Origin: a virus | DNA: 64,000 bases | Virus record (IMG/VR): IMGVR_UViG_3300045988_089680 | Span: 11,055 to 75,054 of that record | Strand: one strand, 5' to 3' | Shown: positions 1 to 8,554 of the stretch, one piece after another | Layout of the letters: every line of letters starts with the position of its first letter | Position numbering within the stretch: the first letter of the stretch is position 1 | Made by a program: the position numbers and the translations under genes | Notes under the pieces: generated by a model | Databases searched by the model: none | Told to the model about the DNA's origin: nothing | Seen by the model: the letters and a program-made list of their open reading frames with translations, nothing else

Positions 1-12
1 ATAGAAGCTTTT

Positions 13-1314
13 ATGACTATGCCTTTGCCCTACAATTCTAAAATGGTTTCAGTTCTGTATGATGCCATAAAAGCTAACGGACACAAGGAAATCTGCATAG
101 TAAATGGCTTCATGTATTACTATGAGTTATTCTTCCTTGATAAGGTGGAAGTATCTATATACTGCCAAGATGCCTACTGCTATCTGCTCTATATGTTGGC
201 AAATGGCAAAACATCACTTACATATAAGGATAAGCTTGCATGGTTAGAAGATTACAATAACCCGACACCATCAAGACAGCTTGCTTTGGCTCTTTATGCG
301 GTGAAACTGCAAAAGTATTTCATGAGCGAATCGGCAAGAAATAGTGCCATCTTCGAAGCGTTGAAAATTAAGGCAAGGGAATCTATCGAGAAAACCGAGC
401 AGGTAAATGAGCGATTGATGAGATTACTCACAACATGTGATTTCCATGTCGGAACACTAGAAGAAGCCATTAAGAATAAGAAGGTAATCTTCTTTAATTA
501 CGGAAGAAAAGAGAAGAATCAGAAGAGAGCATTCAAACTCATTTCTGAGAACAGTGACTTAAAATCGGACTTTTCAGTCGCAAGAAACGACTATTACAAT
601 CTTGTGGAAAGTATTCCTAGCGATAGCTATTTCTACTATTTTAGCAATAGTCCTTACCTGAGAAACTTGCATAAAATTGCTTTAATGGACAGTTCAACTG
701 GTGAAAGGTGGGCGGCTGGAAGATACTTATACTGCAATAAGCCAATTGTAAAAAAAAGTGTAAACACATCGTATACTTCGTTCAGAGATGAGTGCAACGA
801 GATTGTCCCACCAGACAACTTAGAGATCAGCAACCCAAACTTGTTGAAAATAGAGGTAGTTTCACCACCGCTGCTGAAGAATCTTCAAAGAAAGTATATC
901 AAAAAGATAGATCAAGTTTCCAGTGCGGTATTCCCATTTGTGGTTAAGTACGATAAATATACTCTTGGGGGATTTGGATTTACGTTATCTAAGTATGACA
1001 AATACGACTTGTTCCAAATTTCGGATTTTTGCACCAACAACGCAATTCCAAGGTTGAGTAAGCTAATTCTTTACTGCGTTTTATCCGTAGGAGTACAGAA
1101 ATATCTTAATAGGAGAATGCACAAGTTTATCAACAAGGTTCTATCTCTTGCTTACACACATAAGCCAGTGAGTATGAAATATCGTGGTGTGTACAAAAAA
1201 GTTAAAGAGCACTGCACATCATCTTATCTTGCTTACGAAGGAATACTTGGTCTATACCCTACGAGTAAGGAAATCATCGAGAAATATCAAAAATCGTTGA
1301 AGAATGGAAAATGA
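13..1314 (+). CDS. hypothetical protein (frame open to window start, may be 5'-truncated)
   Basis: 433-aa ORF in the track. Codons 1-12 upstream are in frame with no stop. No motif recognised. Confidence 0.5.
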   Translation: MTMPLPYNSKMVSVLYDAIKANGHKEICIVNGFMYYYELFFLDKVEVSIYCQDAYCYLLYMLANGKTSLTYKDKLAWLEDYNNPTPSRQLALALYAVKLQKYFMSESARNSAIFEALKIKARESIEKTEQVNERLMRLLTTCDFHVGTLEEAIKNKKVIFFNYGRKEKNQKRAFKLISENSDLKSDFSVARNDYYNLVESIPSDSYFYYFSNSPYLRNLHKIALMDSSTGERWAAGRYLYCNKPIVKKSVNTSYTSFRDECNEIVPPDNLEISNPNLLKIEVVSPPLLKNLQRKYIKKIDQVSSAVFPFVVKYDKYTLGGFGFTLSKYDKYDLFQISDFCTNNAIPRLSKLILYCVLSVGVQKYLNRRMHKFINKVLSLAYTHKPVSMKYRGVYKKVKEHCTSSYLAYEGILGLYPTSKEIIEKYQKSLKNGK

Positions 1315-2032
1315 AGATAGATGGAAATACGCAAAAGTTGATATAAACCTCATAGATGAGGTAGAAATCAATGCAAACGAAATGTCGGGTGAAGACTTCG
1401 CCCAACTAACAGACAACATTGCTAAGTCTGGATTGAGTAGTGTGCCTACCTGTATCAAGAAGGATAATGGTAGATACATCATGATCAGCGGTAATCATCG
1501 TTTGAGGGCTTGCAAGAAACTGCACTATAAAATGCTTGGCATCTTATATGTAGAAGAGAGCGAGATTACAAATGATGAAGCTATTGCTATTGAATTATCT
1601 CACAACTCCCTTCATGGTGAAGCTAATGTTAGCATTTTGAAGAAGTTGTTTGCATCAATTCAATCTATCGACTTTAAGAAGTTTGCCCATGTGAACATCG
1701 ACGAGATTAAGCCAATAAGCACAGAGGGTATAGATGTATATGCCATGCAGGAGAATTTCGTATTCACCATCATCCTCTACCCTAGTTCATTTGCTAGTCT
1801 GGACACATTGTATGGAGACATTCGTGAGCAAGCTCGCAAAAGTGATGCTCTAGTTCTAGCTTCCGAAGAAGATAACGAGAAGACCCTGCTTAAGATTCAA
1901 CAGGACATAGGTAAGGAGTTTGGCATAAAATCTCCAAGTATCTCATTTGCCAAATTGCTAGAGTTAGCGAGTGAACGTTTAATCGAAATAAAGGAAGGAG
2001 AAAAAGAAAATGATTTGGAGCATAACAAGTAA
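1304..2032 (+). CDS. ParB-like nuclease (ParB/Srx N-terminal) domain protein
   Basis: IMISGNHRLRACKKL matches the ParB N-domain GxxR box. Overlaps the upstream ORF by 11 nt, suggesting translational coupling. Confidence 0.6.
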   Translation: MENEDRWKYAKVDINLIDEVEINANEMSGEDFAQLTDNIAKSGLSSVPTCIKKDNGRYIMISGNHRLRACKKLHYKMLGILYVEESEITNDEAIAIELSHNSLHGEANVSILKKLFASIQSIDFKKFAHVNIDEIKPISTEGIDVYAMQENFVFTIILYPSSFASLDTLYGDIREQARKSDALVLASEEDNEKTLLKIQQDIGKEFGIKSPSISFAKLLELASERLIEIKEGEKENDLEHNK

Positions 2033-2873
2033 AGAAGAGATGGAGAGCTATGGAATTTCTTCCGTCTTCAAATATTATCGAGAAGCCTTAGGAAAAGAAA
2101 ATGTCAAACTAGCTGTTGTAGATGAAAACGATAAGCTAGACTTCTTACAAAAGGAAGATGTGGCATTACTTAGAACCGCAAGTGAATCTCTCATCAAGAC
2201 TATCCGAGCAAAAGGTGTAAAAACAACTGCAGAGGATTTCTCTAAATACGAATTGGTTAAGGATAAGGAAAAGGTCTTCCGTTTCCTTTGTTTTTGCGGT
2301 ATTAGGGCACCGAAGCAATATCAAAACCATTTATCATCATTACAAGAAGGTAAGACATATTTTGTTAAACCTAGATATGGCAGTGATAGCTTTGGTATAT
2401 CAGAGAAAAGCATCTGTCGTACCCCCAAAAAGGTAATAGAACAGATGAGATACATTAAAGAAGAGCTTGGAATGGAAAGTATAGTTGAGGAGTATATTGC
2501 TGGCTCTGATTGCACAGTAACGTGCATTAATAACTGCACAACAAACGAGCTACTTCTGTGTTCAATCTCGATTGATTGCGACGAAACCAATGGCATCCAA
2601 ACACGAGACTGTAAGGTTGGTTTTAAAGAATGCTGTTCAGCAATAAATGATGTTGAGTTAAATCGTTTGGCAAGCGAAATATTCCATTACTTAGAATTAA
2701 AGTCTCACGCAAGAATTGATTTTCGCAAGGGAATAGATGGTAGATATTATCCTATAGATATCAATCTGCTTCCTGGGCTTGGTCCATTAGACCATCTTTC
2801 GAAATCACTTTTGTTGTGCAAGAATATGTCGTATATAGATGCTTTGAAAGCAGTCATAGCATCTGCAAGTTAG
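2010..2873 (+). CDS. ATP-grasp fold enzyme (Ddl/RimK-like)
   Basis: KTYFVKPRYGSDSFGI, EEYIAGSDCTV and HARIDFR...IDINLLPGLGP resemble ATP-grasp nucleotide- and Mg-binding strands. GGAGA lies upstream of the ATG. An alternative start is at 2040. Confidence 0.5.
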   Translation: MIWSITSKEEMESYGISSVFKYYREALGKENVKLAVVDENDKLDFLQKEDVALLRTASESLIKTIRAKGVKTTAEDFSKYELVKDKEKVFRFLCFCGIRAPKQYQNHLSSLQEGKTYFVKPRYGSDSFGISEKSICRTPKKVIEQMRYIKEELGMESIVEEYIAGSDCTVTCINNCTTNELLLCSISIDCDETNGIQTRDCKVGFKECCSAINDVELNRLASEIFHYLELKSHARIDFRKGIDGRYYPIDINLLPGLGPLDHLSKSLLLCKNMSYIDALKAVIASAS

Positions 2874-2884
2874 AAAGGTTGATT

Positions 2885-3232
2885 ATGGCAAAGGTAAGAA
2901 GAACAGAATTAAAAAAGATTGCCGCTGCTTACGAAAAGAAGGGCGGCAATATGGCTGCTACGGCAGTAGCTTTGGGCATTACACGCCAAGCCTTATATAA
3001 CTGGAGAAAAGAGGATGAGAAGTTAGCCAAGATGTTGGACGATATAGATGAAGGCATTCTTGACTTTACTGAAAGCAAGTTGGTTGAAAAGGTGAACGAA
3101 GGCAACCTAACTGCAATAATCTTCCTTCTGAAAACCAAGGGCAAGAAGCGTGGCTATGTCGAGCAAGTAGATAACAGATTAGTAGAAAATCCATTCGAGA
3201 AGTTAATGAAGGAGCTTCCCGATGATGATTAG
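2885..3232 (+). CDS. terS: terminase small subunit
   Basis: N-terminal HTH (ALGITRQALYNWRK) and FLLKTKGKKRGY, typical of small terminases. Lies just upstream of the large terminase. Start moved to the ATG at 2885. Confidence 0.6.
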   Translation: MAKVRRTELKKIAAAYEKKGGNMAATAVALGITRQALYNWRKEDEKLAKMLDDIDEGILDFTESKLVEKVNEGNLTAIIFLLKTKGKKRGYVEQVDNRLVENPFEKLMKELPDDD

Positions 3233-3344
3233 AAAGTAGGGAAAATGGGGATATAAGCAATGATACGAGAGTAATGAGAACTGGGAGTTTCTTATGCAAG
3301 ACGTATTATAAATAAAAGATAGTAATATTTCACAATAAATAGGA

Positions 3345-3749
3345 ATGAGTAAACGAGGATATTACGAATACAACCCTGTTATTTATCCACGGATATTATG
3401 CGTCGCGATTGGAATGAACCAAGAAGATGCAAATAAATGCTTTGAAGGTAGAAATGATGAAATACTGATGGTTGACTTCAGAAACTCTGATGCACTTACT
3501 TTCGATAGCGTAATTCAGAAAAAAGATGGAAAATATGCCGTGTTTGTAAACTTTGCAAATAAGTCTGCAATGACTATGGGTATTTGCTGCCATGAGGCAA
3601 GTCATGTTTGTGATGCGATAGAAGAAGATATTGGCATGAAACACGGGGGTGAGCCATCTGCCTATCTTATTGGTTGGATATCCTCATGTATCAACAAGGC
3701 TCGTTTGGGCATTGGTGATTTCGTAGAGATTAAGGATAGAGAAAAATAA
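3345..3749 (+). CDS. small HExxH (zincin-like) protein
   Basis: CCHEASHVCD contains HExxH. Paralogous to the ORF at 35857-36273 (HELFHV...EHPCYIMG vs HEASHV...GEPSAYLIG). Confidence 0.45.
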   Translation: MSKRGYYEYNPVIYPRILCVAIGMNQEDANKCFEGRNDEILMVDFRNSDALTFDSVIQKKDGKYAVFVNFANKSAMTMGICCHEASHVCDAIEEDIGMKHGGEPSAYLIGWISSCINKARLGIGDFVEIKDREK

Positions 3750-3762
3750 TATTATAAAGAAG

Positions 3763-5277
3763 ATGTTTGAACAGAAGGCTAAAAAGAAAATGATTGCATG
3801 GCGCAATGATTGGTGTCTCTTCGCCAAAGAAGTCTTGAAGGCTCACCTTGACGAAGAGCAAAAGGCTATATTGCGTTCTGTTCAAAAGAATAAAATGACA
3901 ACGGTAGCCAGTGGAACTGCAAGGGGTAAGGATTACATCGCTGCCGTAGCTGCTTTATGTTTCCTCTACCTCACTCCTCGCTTTGGTAAGGATGGCAGTT
4001 TGGAAAAGAATACCAAGATTGCCCTTACGGCGCCGACAGGAAGACAGGTAACAAACATCATGATTCCAGAGGTAGCACGTTTATACAAGAAGGCCGGCTT
4101 TCTTCCCGGTCGTTTGTTGGCGGATGGTATCAGAACCAATTATGAGGAATGGTATTTGACTGGTTTCAAGTCTTCCGACGACAACATAGAGGCATGGTCG
4201 GGATTTCACGCAGTAAACACCATGTTCATCGTAACCGAAGCTTCGGGTATCTCAGATACCATCTATAATGCAATCGAAGGTAACCTACAGGGAAACTCTC
4301 GATTGCTATTGGTATTCAACCCTAACGTTACAACGGGATATGCAGCCAATTCCATGAAGTCTCCTCGTTTCAAGAAGTTCAGACTATCATCCCTTAACGC
4401 AGAGAATGTAGTCAGAAAAAAAATTATTATTCCTGGTCAAGTTGACTATGAATGGGTAGCTGACAAGGTCTCAGCATGGGCACAGAAAATCAGAAAGTCT
4501 GAGTTTGATGAAGGTCGTGGCGACTTTATTTGGGAAGGAGGCTATTATACTCCCAACGACCTCTTCCGCGTTAAGGTTCTCGGTATATTCCCGAAGGTTT
4601 CAGAAGATACTCTCATCCCTTACGAATGGTGTGAGATTGCACATAAACGATGGGAAGAGCTCAAAGAAAGTGGATTCATCACCCATAAACCAGTACGCTT
4701 AGGTGTCGATGTAGCGGGTATGGGTCGCGATAGGTCTTGCTTCATTCCAAGACAAGGGAATTATGTATCAGAAATAAGATGTCATAACTCAGGAGGAAGG
4801 GCAGATCACATGGCAGTCGCAGGTCAAGTAGCTAACTATCTTAAAACGGATCACCGTAACAAGGCATTCATTGATACAATAGGTGAGGGAGCGGGTGTTT
4901 ACTCACGATTGATAGAACAGAATATACTAACAGCATTCTCCTGTAAGTTTTCTGAAGGAGTGAGAAACAAACATGATGTCACTGGTTGTTACACATTCGC
5001 TAATATGAGAGCCTATTTATTTTGGTGTATCCGTGATTGGCTTAATCCAAAGAATGGCTTTTTTGCAGCTCTTCCACCAGATGAAGAGTTAGACCAAGAA
5101 TTGTGCGAGCCACATTGGTTCTTTCAGTCTGATGGCTCCATCATCATAGAGCCGAAAGAAGAAATCAAAAAACGCCTCAAACGCTCTCCCGATAAGATGG
5201 ACGCACTTGCTAATACATTCTATCCATATGACTATGATAAGGATAATGATATTCAACTATTAAATAGTGTTGTATAG
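3763..5277 (+). CDS. terL: terminase large subunit
   Basis: 504 aa. N-terminal ATPase (LTAPTGRQV, FIVTEASG) and C-terminal RNaseH-like nuclease (LGVDVAGMGRDRS). Follows terS. Confidence 0.85.
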   Translation: MFEQKAKKKMIAWRNDWCLFAKEVLKAHLDEEQKAILRSVQKNKMTTVASGTARGKDYIAAVAALCFLYLTPRFGKDGSLEKNTKIALTAPTGRQVTNIMIPEVARLYKKAGFLPGRLLADGIRTNYEEWYLTGFKSSDDNIEAWSGFHAVNTMFIVTEASGISDTIYNAIEGNLQGNSRLLLVFNPNVTTGYAANSMKSPRFKKFRLSSLNAENVVRKKIIIPGQVDYEWVADKVSAWAQKIRKSEFDEGRGDFIWEGGYYTPNDLFRVKVLGIFPKVSEDTLIPYEWCEIAHKRWEELKESGFITHKPVRLGVDVAGMGRDRSCFIPRQGNYVSEIRCHNSGGRADHMAVAGQVANYLKTDHRNKAFIDTIGEGAGVYSRLIEQNILTAFSCKFSEGVRNKHDVTGCYTFANMRAYLFWCIRDWLNPKNGFFAALPPDEELDQELCEPHWFFQSDGSIIIEPKEEIKKRLKRSPDKMDALANTFYPYDYDKDNDIQLLNSVV

Positions 5278-5360
5278 ATTTTGAAAATCGGTAATAAATT
5301 TGTAACTTTGCAGTCGAATCGTTGTTTTAATTATCTATTAAACGATTCATTGCTCTTAGT

Positions 5361-5397
5361 GCATCTTGACCGTGAGGTTAGGATGCCTTTTTTATTT
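5361..5397 (+). terminator. rho-independent terminator (copy 1 of a duplicated hairpin)
   Basis: GCATCTTGACC-GTGA-GGTTAGGATGC forms an 11-bp stem with a GNRA-type loop, followed by CTTTTTTATTT. Nearly identical copy at 61959-61993. Confidence 0.7.
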
Positions 5398-5420
5398 CCC
5401 ATCATTCCCCAATTCATTAC

Positions 5421-5470
5421 TCTAAAGCTTATCTAAAGCTTATCTAAGCCTATCTAAGCTTGTCTAATAA
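5421..5470. repeat. 10-11 bp tandem repeat TCTAA(A)GCTTA x4-5
   Basis: Units read directly: tctaaagctta, tctaaagctta, tctaagccta, tctaagcttg, tctaataa. Confidence 0.8.
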
Positions 5471-5545
5471 ATTCTCCATATACTTACACATATTTTCATA
5501 ATCGGTGTGTCACAGCGAAAAATACACACCTACATTACTCCTTGG

Positions 5546-5661
5546 TTTAAAAGTTAGCTAAAGTTAAACTATTGGTTATCAGTAAATTACAAGTTTTGAA
5601 ATTTGGTCAATAGCAAAAAAATGACTACCTTTGCAACAGATAATTAAAACAATAACAACTT
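5546..5661 (+). promoter_or_regulatory. promoter module copy 1 (Bacteroidota -33 TTTG / -7 TAccTTTG)
   Basis: TTTG at 5602-5605 and TACCTTTG at 5626-5633, 20-nt spacer. About 115 bp repeated at 54450-54552 and 62214-62329. Contains the palindrome TTAGCTAA. Confidence 0.7.
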
Positions 5662-5675
5662 AAAGTTAAAGAGCA

Positions 5676-5939
5676 ATGAAAAGATATTATTTGATTTCGT
5701 CGGAATATGACATTAAAAAACGTGAAGCAATCCTTAGTACTATTAAGGATAAAGCAATTGCTTCTTACGCAGACCTCTCAAATGACGAATACAATAGTTT
5801 TGCTTTCACAGAGGATGAAGGTAGAGAGGTGTATAAAAAGTTGATGCAAAAGTATCATTCAAGTGCGGCTTTCTTTGGAGATTCATACGAGGAGGAAGAA
5901 ATTAAGGAAATGGGGCTTGATGAGTATATAACATTTTAA
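5676..5939 (+). CDS. hypothetical small acidic protein
   Basis: First ORF after promoter module 1. ATG embedded in AAAGAGCAATG. Confidence 0.55.
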   Translation: MKRYYLISSEYDIKKREAILSTIKDKAIASYADLSNDEYNSFAFTEDEGREVYKKLMQKYHSSAAFFGDSYEEEEIKEMGLDEYITF

Positions 5940-6181
5940 TGTATAGAACAATGGAAAATAAAAACAACGTTTCAAAAAAGACTAAATATACAGTTTTAGC
6001 TCATACCTTCCATTCTTTTGATGAAGCTTGTGAATATGTGAACCGTATTGTTTCCAAGGGTGCGTCTCGTATTATTCCTCCAGTTAAAGCCTGGAGGGAA
6101 GGTAAGGTAGTCGCACAATGGGAGCCAACAGTAACTAAAGATGGTATTAGTTACAAGTCAAATGGTAATGTTAGTATTTAA
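5939..6181 (+). CDS. hypothetical protein
   Basis: TAATG stop/start overlap with the upstream ORF. Confidence 0.5.
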   Translation: MYRTMENKNNVSKKTKYTVLAHTFHSFDEACEYVNRIVSKGASRIIPPVKAWREGKVVAQWEPTVTKDGISYKSNGNVSI

Positions 6182-6199
6182 TTATAAAAAATAAGAGCA

Positions 6200-6469
6200 A
6201 TGAAGCAGACAATAAACGTATCAAGCAAAGCAGAGATTAAAGCAGCAGTAACAAGCCAATTCTGTAAAGGTTGTTATAATTACTTTGAAGGTGAAATTAG
6301 AAACGGAAATCGTTATGCGAGAGTATCATATTATCATACAAACAATAAGCTTCAGATACAAGTAACATATTGGGAAGATGGAAAGGATAAAGCTGTAGAC
6401 TGTGCTTCTCATTGTTCCTCACCCAGTGGATTGACCCAAAAAGTATCTAAATTCTTGAATGTAAAATAA
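6200..6469 (+). CDS. hypothetical protein
   Basis: ATG embedded in TAAGAGCAATG. Co-oriented and tightly packed with neighbours. Confidence 0.5.
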   Translation: MKQTINVSSKAEIKAAVTSQFCKGCYNYFEGEIRNGNRYARVSYYHTNNKLQIQVTYWEDGKDKAVDCASHCSSPSGLTQKVSKFLNVK

Positions 6470-6482
6470 AAAAATAAGAGCA

Positions 6483-7157
6483 ATGGATATGATAAGTAAT
6501 TTGGTTGCAGAGGAAAAACCAGAATATAAGATAAAGGAAAGTGGAGATTTTTCATCACTTACATCAGTTGAATTATTAGCAATATTGTTTGGCAAGAGTT
6601 CGACATCAACTCTTCAAAAGGCAAGGGGTATTCTTAATCTAACAGATGGTAGTATAAGAGGTATCTCTAAACTTACTACGAAACAGATAAGAGAAGTAAC
6701 GAATTTCACAGAACAAAAGGCTAATGCTGTCCTTGCAGCATGCGAACTTGGACGAAGAGCGCAAATAGAAGAATCCAATAATATCAACCTCGGTAGTGCA
6801 TATGGCATATACAACTTCATGAAGCCACGAATAGGTAGATTAGACCATGAAGAAGTTTGGGTAATGCTAATGGATAACGCCTTTAATCTAAAGAAGGTAA
6901 AAAAGATAAGCAGCGGAGGACTTACAGAAACTGCATTTGATGTGCGTGTTATTTTAAAAGAAGCACTTCTCAATAATTCTACAGTGATAGCCGTTGCACA
7001 TAATCATCCAAGTGGTAATAAAAGACCAAGCAAAGATGATGATGGAGTAACACGGAAGCTACAACAAGCATGTGACACCATGAGAATAAAACTGATAGAC
7101 CATGTAATCGTAACAGATTTAGGTTATTATAGTTTCTCAGAAGAAGGTAAACTATAA
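6483..7157 (+). CDS. radC: RadC-like JAB/MPN domain protein
   Basis: VAHNHPSGNKRPSKDD is the JAMM/RadC signature. N-terminal HhH-like region. ATG embedded in TAAGAGCAATG. Confidence 0.8.
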   Translation: MDMISNLVAEEKPEYKIKESGDFSSLTSVELLAILFGKSSTSTLQKARGILNLTDGSIRGISKLTTKQIREVTNFTEQKANAVLAACELGRRAQIEESNNINLGSAYGIYNFMKPRIGRLDHEEVWVMLMDNAFNLKKVKKISSGGLTETAFDVRVILKEALLNNSTVIAVAHNHPSGNKRPSKDDDGVTRKLQQACDTMRIKLIDHVIVTDLGYYSFSEEGKL

Positions 7158-7190
7158 TTCTCTAGAACAGCAAATTTTCTTCAAAAAATG

Positions 7191-7221
7191 TTTGCTATTC
7201 AAATATTTTTAAGTATATTTG
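7191..7221 (+). promoter_or_regulatory. promoter upstream of the structural operon
   Basis: TTTG at 7191-7194 and TATATTTG at 7214-7221, 19-nt spacer. Confidence 0.55.
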
Positions 7222-7300
7222 CAAACAAAAGCGTGTGAAGATGCACGTGACAGAACCGTTCGTAATCATTGCTCAATTTATATCGGGTTCTAATAACGAT

Positions 7301-7340
7301 GGTCTGCCTGCATTAACGCTCGCAGACCATTTTTATTTAA
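7301..7340 (+). terminator. leader hairpin plus T-tract between promoter and scaffold gene (possible attenuator)
   Basis: GGTCTGC-N14-GCAGACC followed by ATTTTTATTT. Lies inside the GTG-started extension of track ORF 7235. Confidence 0.4.
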
Positions 7341-7351
7341 TCACAAAAGCA

Positions 7352-8071
7352 ATGAATAAGTATTTAAGAAAGGTTCTTGAAATGCTGAAAACCAACAAGG
7401 ACATTAAGGCATTGGGGTTCAGCCGTAGAGAGTTAAAGGGTATCGCTGCCAATGTTGCCGATAAACTGAAACTCGAAGAAGATGCTACTGACGAAGATGT
7501 TAGTGAAGCAATCAGTAATGCAATTGATGATGTCTTGCCATTACTGAAACTCACTCAATCGGCAGTAGACCGCCAAGTCCAAGATTACAAACGCTCTACA
7601 GATGACGACCCAGATGACGACCCAGATGACGACCCAGAGCCAAATCGTACTAGTCCATCAAAGAAGAATCCCAAGAGCAAAAAGGATAGCGATGATGCAG
7701 ATTCCGCTACCCTAGCTGCACTCAAAGAACTGAAGGAGGTAGTCACAGCTTTACAAGGTGAGGTTAGCACACTTAAAGCTGGTAATACAACTAACAGCAG
7801 ACGCACTAAAGTTGAGAAATTACTATCCGATACAGGTAAGTTCGGAGAAAGACAGCTGAAAGCCTTCTCTCGTATGAGTTTCAAGGATGAAGAGGAATTT
7901 GAAGAGTATCTCGAAGACCTAAAAGAGGACATTGAGGCAGAGAACCAAGAAAGAGCCGATCGTGGTCTTGGAAAGCTCGGAAATATTCCTGCTCCAGACA
8001 AGAATCAAAACAACAACAAGGAGGAAGAATTAATGTCAGATGAGGACGTCAAAAAGTTGGCTCAGATGTAA
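7352..8071 (+). CDS. head scaffolding protein (acidic, coiled-coil)
   Basis: Highly charged with a DDDPDDDPDDDPEP tract and helical E/K-rich C-terminus. Lies before the capsid gene. Start moved to the ATG at 7352, after the leader hairpin. The track gives 7235. Confidence 0.55.
   Translation: MNKYLRKVLEMLKTNKDIKALGFSRRELKGIAANVADKLKLEEDATDEDVSEAISNAIDDVLPLLKLTQSAVDRQVQDYKRSTDDDPDDDPDDDPEPNRTSPSKKNPKSKKDSDDADSATLAALKELKEVVTALQGEVSTLKAGNTTNSRRTKVEKLLSDTGKFGERQLKAFSRMSFKDEEEFEEYLEDLKEDIEAENQERADRGLGKLGNIPAPDKNQNNNKEEELMSDEDVKKLAQM
7601..7636 (+). repeat. 12-bp tandem repeat (GATGACGACCCA)x3 in the scaffold gene
   Basis: Direct reading. Encodes DDDP x3. Confidence 0.9.
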
Positions 8072-8102
8072 TCATCTATTGTTTAACTTTAAAAAAGCAA
8101 AC

Positions 8103-8516
8103 ATGTCAGTTTACGAAAATTACGAACCAGATCGAAAGAAGTTTGACTCGGGTATGGATGCAGTCGTAATCCGTCAGTATAACGGAGGAATCACTGGCGG
8201 CCGTGCCCTTGATTACACTGGCTTCATTGACGAGGTTATTAAGGCTGGCCACCTAGTAGTAAAAAAGGAAGTCGATGGTGTCTACGAATACAAGCCACTC
8301 GCAATCGAAGCAAGTACGGGTAAGTATCAAGCCATTCCTGCCGATGGTACACTGCCTGCAGGTGTTGTTGTGCGTTCTCGCCTAAAGGGTGAGGCTGTAG
8401 CAATCATGGACGATGGTCGTGTTAATGATGCTGCAATGCCTTATCAGTTTAAGGACGAAGACCAGAGAACTGCTTTCAAGACAGCTCTACCAAATCTTAT
8501 TTTCGAGCACGATTAA
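8103..8516 (+). CDS. hypothetical head protein (possible decoration protein by position)
   Basis: 137-aa ORF between scaffold and capsid genes, as in a lambda-like order. Start moved to the ATG at 8103. Confidence 0.4.
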   Translation: MSVYENYEPDRKKFDSGMDAVVIRQYNGGITGGRALDYTGFIDEVIKAGHLVVKKEVDGVYEYKPLAIEASTGKYQAIPADGTLPAGVVVRSRLKGEAVAIMDDGRVNDAAMPYQFKDEDQRTAFKTALPNLIFEHD

Positions 8517-8554
8517 ATAGTGCTCTAGTGTTAAATTAATAATTGCACAAAAGT

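Noticed and set aside
7235-7351. GTG-initiated N-terminal extension of the scaffold protein
   Set aside because: It would start about 14 nt after the -7 box and read through a hairpin plus T-tract. ATG 7352 gives a typical charged scaffold N-terminus. The extension is kept as an alternative only.
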